Source of the DNA: Eimeria praecox
Taxonomy: Eukaryota
DNA length: 64,000 bases
Assembly: GCA_963920595.1 (NCBI GenBank)
Contig: OY986946.1
Location: forward strand, 1,240,001 to 1,304,000
Direction: 5' to 3'
The position numbers were made by a program, and so were the translations under genes. Below the pieces are notes generated by a model. The model did not search any database, was not told the origin of the DNA, and saw only the letters and a list, made by a program, of their open reading frames with translations. Positions 55,011-64,000 of this stretch are shown piece by piece (within the stretch, counting starts at the first letter, position 1; each line of letters opens with the position of its first letter).

Positions 55011-57009
55011 ATAAGCTTTCATTAGTTTGTTGACGTTATTAGCTATATAGCACACTATTATGCATTGTTGCACGCTAAACAACTGGGGCTTAAACATCTC
55101 CCGAGATCTAAAATATATTTCTTCGTTGACTTCTGCGGGTACGACGCGGCAGGGATTTGCCTTCAACTCATTTTACATCATTTCACACATGGTAGGTGGC
55201 TTCTGTATGCACAGGTGTACAGTTGGTATATTCATTGTTTCCTGTTATTTGTGTTTTGGTACAATTGATCGCACAAGATGAATATCCTCTTCAATCCGCC
55301 AATGCAGATCTCAGCAAGAGTTTGCAGGTTGCTAGAGGTGCAGGGAATTAATAGCGAGGATCTAGCAGAATACGGCAGAGGCGAGAGTTTTTGAGGGTAA
55401 GGGTGAATACTGCGTTTGGATAGTAGGGAATTGGGGTTAGATGCAGGCTTTATTGGTTTACAATCTGGCGCAATATAGACATACAAGGAAATTGATGTGA
55501 AACGCATGCAACGATGCCAGTTAATACACAGTATGCCCCCACCCTCCCCCCGGGGAATAGCGATATCGAAGGGTTCTTATAAAGTATTGAAGAAGACAGA
55601 GGCTTTTGTTGGGCGTGTTCAGCTTTGTTCACACACAAATTCGGTAGGTCCACAGTATTCCCCTACATGCTACAGTTATTGTACTTCCTACTCGCTTTGG
55701 GCTTCCTGGAGCGCTGTTGCTATAGAATTGCTACTCCATAACTACTATTGTTTTCTCTTGAAGGTGTAGGGCTCAGCGTTCAAGCTTACTCTGCTATTTC
55801 CCTTTGTGTGCAATCTGCCCTGTCCTCTCAGGTCTCTGATGCCTCATGCCAGCTACTGGGATTGCTGATGTCAGTACTGCAAATGAGCATCAAAGAACAT
55901 TTTCTCTAATTTTCATCTGTTCTGAGGGAAATGTCGTATGAATTCCTGCGTTCGAGGCTAGCAAGCAGTGGTTCTCCGTCCCCTACCACTGGATCATCAA
56001 AGACGTGGTGTGGTAAGCAGAGCAAAATCGAACAAGACAGCATCTTTAGTCTTTCTCTTCAACGTAACACAACATAAAAAGAACTACCCAACAGTATTTC
56101 TACAAGCGTGATGGTACCGTAGAGGATATCCCGCCAGACGTCAATCGTTTGAATGCGAGTACCTGTGCAACAGTTGCAAAAGTCTTGTGTTCGTGGGAAA
56201 AGAATAGTGGATGGCACGCTTCCTTTGGTTCGTTCTCAGGATAACTGTAGTTTATTAATTCTGAATACTTTCAGGTGAATATCTTTCTGTGCAGGCTTCG
56301 CAGGAACCTGTTTTCCCTCCGTAGCCCGTGATGAGAGAATCGTCAGCGGCTTCACGGGCGAAAGCGATCTGCGCCCCCTCGGGCATATTTTCCAGTTCAA
56401 AATAGGAGATTAGCTGATTATTTTCTTTCTTTTCTCAGCTTGTCTTTGTTGCGTTGTATCAATATCTATTGGACAGACAGATCAGATTAAAAGTGGTCAT
56501 GCCTGTGCGATCACGCCTACGGCCTTTGCATGCGGTTTGGGTCCTTGAGCATATTTTCGTTCTAGTTTGAGTCTATTTTAGCACCATCTTCACAGGAAAA
56601 CCTGCTTTTCACTTGACATTGAACCGGTACGGGAAGCAGCGAGCCTGGACGGACTCGCTGCAGATCCCTTCGTGGTCAACTAGCTCACGTAGACCTCCTG
56701 GTGTCCTCCTGGTGTCGTGTCTAAACGCCGGCCCATCCCGTCTTACCAGCCCCTTCTCAAATTCAGGAGGGGCGCCGAGCATGATCAAGGCTGGAAACAT
56801 GGCGTTTCGTCTTTCTTTCGCTGACACCTGTTCAAGGCGCCAGCGCCACTGCCCGGTTTACGGGCGCAAGTCGTAGGTGGCAATGCATGCGTGGGATGGC
56901 CAGAGGCTCTCTCTTGTTTTGTCATTGACGCTGCACAACTGTTTCTCTTGTCAAAGCACTACTTGTACGGCAACGATCCCGCTCACGGCTGCGCCCCCCT
57001 CAGTCCGCT

Positions 57010-58781
57010 ATGGCGCTCTCCTCAGCCCGTGCCTTACGCGGGTGTCGTCCTAGATGCCCAAGGGGTGGGGAGCTTCGGGAGAGGCCCAACTATGCACCCC
57101 TCGCAGCTGCTTGCTGCAGCAGTAACGCTGCTGCGACTGCAGCACGGGGTGTGGCATCTGCTGCTGCTGCTGCTCCCTCGCCGACACCAAGTTCTGCAAC
57201 ACAAGCAGCACCGCCCAGTCCCTGTCCCAAGGCGATTTCACGTCGTTTCTATGGGCCTAACAGTTCCCGCAAGCTGCTACCTTGGGGCTGCAAGGCTCGT
57301 CTTCTTGTCTGTTGTTGCTTGTTAATCGGCCTTGTCCACAGCTTTTCACCTGGCCACGCAGAACAGCGGGGCCCTAGAGTTCTCTCTACTGTCAAACAAA
57401 GCCCGGTGGGCAGTGAGGAATGCCCACAGTCAGCAATTGCAGGTGAGGCAAACGCATACCCTGTCTGTCTTTCCTCCACGGTCAGCCAGCTCGTCACAGG
57501 ACGATGATGCGGCCATGGGCTGCTTTAGAAGCTGCCTAGGGCTCGTGCAAACTACACTTTCGGGGTTTAGGGGTCTGCTGCTTCTAGTTAGGCATAAACT
57601 GCTGGTCTGACAGAAGGAGAGTTCTATTTTTACGGATTCGGTGCTGTCGGTGTCGGGTGTAGCTCATTACTGTGTAACTACATTGATGCAAAAGTAATAT
57701 ATAACTTGCGGATGTCTGCAGAGGGTGGGGACTCCGTCACCTCCCTCCTTGAAATAATCGAGGGGCGCAAGAAGAACTGGGCACGAACGAAAACAAAGGA
57801 AGAAGGACAGCCCCACGGTATACACTGCAGCAGCGCGGTGTATGGGCAGATCAATGCAGGTGAAACCGTTGTTGTCAACCCAGAAGAGGCCCCCAACTGC
57901 CGGAATCTCTGCCGTGCCCTCTTGCACAAGTTAGTATACACTCAGGCAGCAGCCTCACCATCACCCTCTCCTTGCTCACCTACGGGTTTTCTCTGCTTGC
58001 AGCTGGGCTTGGGGTGTGCTGAGCAGGAAGCTTGGACCAAGATCTAGTTAGTTTGCTTGCTTTCTACTATCTTCGCGTCCTCCCCAGATGGCTATGTGGG
58101 ACAGTGTGTTGTATGATATTTACTGCTGCTGCTGTTGTTTGGTGTTGCAGACATGGTGGCACCTGCGAGGGGGCGTCAGACCCATACACGTGCCTGCTGG
58201 AACACCGGTCTGAGCGGTGGTTCCCTCAGGTGTACAGGGAGCGCTGCATGTTTACGCGGCCTTCGCTGCAGCAGCCGGACTTTGAGCACAGCAGCTGTAG
58301 CAAAGACTGCCTGCATCGTGGGATGACTGCGTGGCTTACCCTTCTCCATCGAGGCGATCTTTCTTGGGACTCATTCCTGGAGAAGGTCCCCTCTTCCTGT
58401 ACCTTCAAAAGAGTTGACATTGAAAGTATGTTTGCTGCATTCTGACCCTTGAAACCCCTCCTCAACGACTCAGCTGAAGGCCTGTGCTAATGCCGCACCC
58501 ATCAGCGAGTGGCAGCACCAGTAAACGCACCAGTAGCAGCAGCAGCAGTAGCGACAGTGGGAGCTGTAGCAGAAGAAGCAGCAACAGGGACGGCCTGTGG
58601 GTGTGTAGTTGCCGGGGGTAGTGTCGAAACTGCTGAGTGAGCTGAGGTAGCTGTGTGAGCTGGGCCGGGCTAGGGGGTGGTGGACTTCCCAGGCGCCTGT
58701 TCCAGAGGGGCTTTCCCTGTGCAAGCCTGTTTCTTTTTCTTCGGAAGTACTGTGTGTGGGGCTGTTTGTTAGGTGGCTTGC

Positions 58782-58843
<62 letters not shown>

Positions 58844-61800
58844 ATGGCTATAGGCGGGTGTGTGTGTCCTTGTGCACATGTTTGCTGCAGGCGGTCGAAG
58901 GTCTGTACATGCGCAGACGAGTTTCCCGGAGAGTTCGGCACTGATGGCCTTGGGAAAAGCACGTGTATCACGCTTCTACATCATAAAACGCAAAGTAGAC
59001 AGTGCAGACGCATCATCTGGGGGGCAGGCGGAGTCGGCAATCGTGCCAGGGGAATATTGGGAGGGCCTTGGGGGTGGAGAGAAGAGGAGATGGGCCGTGA
59101 GCAGCACTTTCTACGCACCTGCAGACGAACAGGAAGTGCTGCCTCTCGTGCAGCGCCTGACTGGTAGCTCCACAGGTCAAGCAATTTGCCTGTTCAGGGA
59201 GCAGCAAGAACAGGATGGGGCGAGGGGGCGCTTTGGCATGGTTCCCGGGCGCTCTTGCGCCGGCTCCATCGGTGTGTTATACGTGCTGGCGCTGGAGGCT
59301 CGCCCTCCCCCAGGCTTCGACGGGGCCTCTCAGGGCTTTGACTTGTGCGTGGCTCACCGTGTATTTAAAGACGAAGTGATGGCGGAGGATTCAGCTGTCG
59401 AGGTGCTGCGATTGCGCACACGAGTGACGGTGGGTACACCCTGCGGCGTCGCGCGAGGCCTAGACAAGGGCCTTTGGGAGGCGACCTTCTATGCTGCGCG
59501 ATATCCCCAAGCAAGAGGCGTTGAGGGCTTCCCGACGGGGGGCGACTGTCCTTGGCGAGGGGCGCTACAGCTGGGTGCAAAGTGCTTTCTCAAGACGAGG
59601 GAACGCCGAGACAACGATAACTTCTTTTCTGCAAATGCACATTGCAGAAACCTCGCAGAGGCTGTCGGATTTGACCATGACGATGCCAGCCTTGCCGTCA
59701 TCGAAAGCGATAGAGAACTCAACCTTGTCAGAGTGAGCTACCTCTGCTGCTTTTGCTGCTGCTGGTACTGCCACTGTGTAGTGTAAGTAGGAAGGAGTCC
59801 GTTGAAATCAAGCATATGCCAGTGATAGCTGTAACCGCCGGTGTGAAGGGGGAAGAAGCCGGGGGGGAGTTGTAGAGTTGCATGCCTTTTCCGGCCCCTA
59901 GAAGTAGATGTTGGGGAAAAATTGATGTATGGGGTATTTCACGCCTATTTCGCCCCCCATGGGCCCGTCTCTTTGTTTGAGACATCATGTTTCAACCCCA
60001 GTTGGCTTCCTTAGGCCTTGCCATAGGACCTTTTCCCGCTGTTGGGGGCTGTGCGTGTTGGCAAGGGGAAAACTGCATCTGCGGCAGTAACTGCTTGAGA
60101 GCCGCAACCTTTTGTTGGGGGCGTGGAGTAATCAGGGTGTTGCTTGTCTTGCGAGCAAACTATTGGGTGGTGGCGCTTTAATCTTGTTACATGAGGGTGG
60201 TGTACTCCTATGCAGCTGTAGCTTCTGAGTGGTATTGTCCCGTTCCATCTGGTATAGAGGGTGTGCTGCTCGAGACAGAGAGCCCCTCTGAAACGAGAAG
60301 TTGCAAAAGCACATTTGAGTGCAGATGCGCGGCTTTGAGTGCAGGAAATGACGGCGGGAGGTGAGGAGTCGTGGCTGGGTTTGTTTCAGCCCGCGCAGTG
60401 CCCTTTGGTCGTTCCTGGGGTTGGGGCTTCATGCAGACGCAAAGAAGGGGACTGTCCCAAGGCTGCCTTGACCTCTCCCGACAAACTCGGGAATCGCCTC
60501 AGCGCCATAATTGGTGCCTGCACAGCAGCACGCACCTGGCCCCCCTGGAAGCCCGTCCACAACGCACACTCCAAGCCCTTGTAAGACCAGCGGCTGACTG
60601 CCCGCTCTGCTCCTACAGAACAGCGACAACGGAAGCAGCGGCGGCAGCGGCAACAGCGGCGGCACTAGCTCTTAGCATGCATGCTTGTTTTAGCTTGTAC
60701 TGCAGGATGTTAGGGGATCCAAAGCACTATTAGGCTCAACCAGCAATGGCTGAAGCCTCTTTCTCTTGCGCGCATGCATGCGTTTGCAGATGGGATCCCA
60801 CCTTCTGCGACGGACAGCCTCAAGCCCTGGATGGGGAGAAGTTCGCGGACTGCGCCTCTCTTACCCAACAGGGAACGGGGCCGCCCTGCCTGAGGGCGCG
60901 GAGTTGCGATGCCTCCTTCGCGTCTGTCTGCTCCTTGCGACTGAGGACAGGTACCCTGCGTGCATGCACAACAGGAGTACTGCTTTAGCAGCCAGCGTCC
61001 CCTGCCAGGTTCCGTCGGGATGCCCCGCTTGTAGAAGGGAAATGGGTAGAAGAGCGAAGCAAGTTTGATAAGCTCGCGGCCCTTTGGCGACCGTTTGGGC
61101 GTGTAAGTGCCTGTGTGTGTGTCTGTGTGTCTGTGTGTCTGTGTGCCAGGCCCGCGGATATTGTCTAAAGGGAATCGAGGGACCCGCGACCTGCCTCTGG
61201 TGCTCTGCGGAAGCTCGAAGGACTGCTGGCTGAGCCTGGAAATGCCAATTGTTGATTGGTGGGGGGAAACGATGGAGCGGCGCCCTAACAAGGATCACCC
61301 TTTCCCTCTGGGGTTCTTGGGGGTGATGGGTTTTTGTGGGGATGGGGCCCTTCTTGCCGGCCCCTGGCAGCTGCAACCCCAAATCAATATTTGGAAAGAC
61401 ACCCGCCTGAAAGGGCTGCCTGCTGGAGTGTACGAGGTCTGCTACTGCTCGCCAGTTCGGGTCGGGGACTCAGCTGTTTCCTGTGTTGAGGGCAAGGAGT
61501 TTAGATTTCTGCGCGCGCTGCTGCAACTCGACAGCAGCAGCGGAACCACCTCCCGCTCCTCTCCAGTCAGCGGGACAGATGCCGCGAGAACCACAGTCGT
61601 GGGCCTCCCCTCTGTGTCCTTCAGGCCGTTGCAGGGGCCAGCAGCAGCAAAACCTGCGGCGTCAGGTGTATGGCTGGAGGCGCTGCCCAGCGAGTTAGGC
61701 TTCGAGCTGGTTTTCTGTAAAGTGGGGGCAGACAGACGCACCGACAGCTCTTGCCGTTTCACACTCCACAGCGCCGAGGATACAGAGGTGCCGGTTGCCT

Positions 61801-63870
61801 TGTTGATTGCCCCCGTTAGAGAAGAGACAAAAGACAGTGCAGCGCTGTGCACGCAGCCAGGGATTACGGTGGCGGTGTCCGTAAAGGGGAAGACGGAGGT
61901 CGAGGTGCCTTCGTTCCTCCCCACAAGCTTGAAGTACTCGATCTGCGGGAACGGATCCCTTCTAGGGACTCTTATAGCCTCAGGTGAGCCGACTATGTCC
62001 TCTTTCGCTGCGACGCAGCTCCAGCAGGCAAACAAGGGCTCGCTTTAAGCTAAACCGTTCGTTCTGTAGGGCTTTATTTTGACCTGTGCCTGCACGTAAA
62101 CGAACTGCTGCTCCTGCTATTGCTGTTGGCTGCTTTCAGCAAAGTTTACACCTGGGCCCGACGCACGTTCTGGTGAGTGGACATTTCTTTGTTTATTACG
62201 TAATCTCCACAATTAGAGGTATCAACGATTGGCTGACCGGGAGCAAGACAGGCATAGCACGCAGCGAGGCGTTTGCTTTGTTGTGTACGCATGCCTACCT
62301 ACTTTCCTTGCATCGTTTGCTTTACACGTTGCTTGTGTGTACTGTGTGATCTGCAGAAGGCTTTAGCTTCGCCCAATCAAGTGAGTCAGGGGTCGTAGAA
62401 CGGCGCGAGATCGTACATTTGCGGCTGCTGCTGGGATGCACAAAACTGCATCTCAGGGAGATACGGGAAGATATGGGGGGGTAGTTAATCCGGTTTACTT
62501 AAATTGCGACCCCTAACCGCTTCCTCCAGCTCTTCCCGCCCTGTCTGAATGCTCGTAGCCTTGTGGGGCCTCTATTTTGATTTCAGCTGTGTGTATGCGT
62601 GTGTGTGCGTTTGCGTGTGAATCTATCTGTTTGATTCTCTCCAAAGGATGGTGGAACGTCGGACTGAGGAGTGAGGCCTTAGATCTAGACGTGTTAAATG
62701 CCAGTTGTTCCGTCTTGTGTCTCATCTCAACTAGCCACCCTGTTGTTTTTCATCCTCTTCACTATAGAACGAGCGCTGCTGGCTAGGGCGTTTGCTCGGC
62801 TTTAGTCGATGGTTTGCTTAGCGCATGCACAGGAATGCCGCTGGCGGCGGTGCCTCTGTGCGCGCCTCCTAGTCATGTCTGTGCGTGAAATGCGGTGGTG
62901 TGTCTGGGCAGGCCTAACGCTGAATTTTCCCGACGGCAAGATAAACAACGCTTTTCTGAACGTGACTGTGGAGGGTTACAGCTCCGGGGACCTGGCGGGG
63001 ACCGCGCTGTTGGCAGTGTTGGAGGCACAGACGGAGTTCGACACGAGGTGCAACACTCAGCTCAACACAGCAAAGGCTGACGGTGTTACCTACCCTGGGG
63101 ATTTCGATGACGATCAGCAGCTGCTGATATTCACGGTCCCTGCTCCCACAGTCCGCTCCAAACTATGTCTCTACAATCGCATCACCGAGTACTTCACCGA
63201 CATTATTAGCCTCGGGCAAGCCCCTGTGCCTACGCGGCCTGAGACAGTCTCTGCGAGGGAGGGCCGCTGCTCTCTGGCACCCAAGGGAGACTGTGTTATA
63301 GGCCTCTATCCGGACTCAACCACTATCGACCAGCCCTGGGTGAGCGCGAACTTTGTTGCTGCTGCAGCGCAGCAGGCATGCCTGCTGCAGGAGGTCTTCT
63401 GGCTTCAGTGCAGGCGCTTTCGCAGGCCTACATGATCTCACGGGCGGAAGAGCTGCGACTTGCTTCGATCATTCTGCCTTCAGTCGAGGATGATTCTATG
63501 CATGCATGCATGCACATGCAAATGTTGTTTCGGATGCTGCAGGAAGCGTTTTATCCGAGCACTGTCGCTGTGAAGCTACTGAAAGGCAAAGTGAATTGCC
63601 CTGATGACCCTTCGCATCCTGACTTCGACGTTTTCGCGGGCGACCCGGAGGATACTGCGGCTTTGCTAAAGGCCTCTGCGGTGGCGATGACTTTGACGGA
63701 TGCAGATTCTTCCAAGGTGATGTTCTCGGTAGCGCCGAAACTCAAACGATGGGTTGCCGACGCCGAAATTGCTACAATCTGCATGACCCAAGAAGGACTG
63801 AAAAATCCGACAGAGACCTGCTGGGAAAGCGGGCGATGCACTCAGCGTCTTGGCTACATGCGCTGGACAG
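57010..63870 (+). CDS. Large secreted/surface cysteine-rich protein with a C-type lectin-like domain (3' end beyond window)
   Basis: Exons: 57010-57442, 57722-57929, 58151-58425, 58891-59732, 60345-60580, 60790-60950, 61150-61983, 62140-62172, 62912-63339, 63543-63870 and onward; junctions are phase-consistent GT-AG. It has a recessed hydrophobic signal/anchor LLVCCCLLIGLVHSFS. CTLD pattern: CP..GAKCF..FSANAHC..ASLAVIESDRE..SWLGL..GQPQ..DCASL..SCDASFASVC. The start codon is uncertain. Confidence 0.72.
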
Positions 63871-64000
63871 GTAAGGATGTGTCGGCACCGGAGATTGCAC
63901 GAGAGGGGCCGTAGCGCCTGCGGGTCCTCAGCGGTTCTAAGAAACCTTACATTTGCAGATTGTGTCATGCTGAGGAGCTTGAGGTGGCTACTTGCTACAT

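Noticed and set aside
54578..56900. Short ORFs of 60-100 aa in the unique intergenic region
   Set aside because: No recognisable motifs or coherent exon chain, and no retrotransposon (gag/pol) signature seen.
61442..62035. 197-aa minus-strand ORF
   Set aside because: Antisense shadow of the + strand exon 61150-61983 in GC-rich coding sequence.

Overview
This is eukaryotic, intron-rich apicomplexan DNA with the hallmarks of an Eimeria chromosome: abundant CAG/CTG repeats encoding homopolymeric Ala/Gln/Ser tracts, interstitial AAACCCT telomere-like repeats and TGCATGCA octamers. Most ORFs in the track are repeat artefacts. I built seven spliced gene models by hand from GT-AG junctions with consistent phase. 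(1) A giant + strand gene, open at the left edge, with at least 6183 aa in the window; it joins a degenerate USP7-like deubiquitinase module to an RluA-family pseudouridine synthase. (2) A - strand OTU cysteine protease with a signal/transit-like leader. (3) Mitochondrial ribosomal protein mL49/Img2. (4) A 75-aa complex III subunit resembling apicomplexan QCR11, missed by the ORF track. (5) Vps33 (Sec1/Munc18 family). (6) A TMEM33/Pom33-like membrane protein ending in a CaaX box. (7) The 5' part of a large secreted cysteine-rich protein with a C-type lectin-like domain, open at the right edge. Repeat density drops sharply around 54.5-55 kb. A palindromic motif family (GAGGTGTACGTACACCTC) clusters in non-coding DNA and also appears inside coding exons. 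All family calls come from motif recognition by eye; no database search was run.
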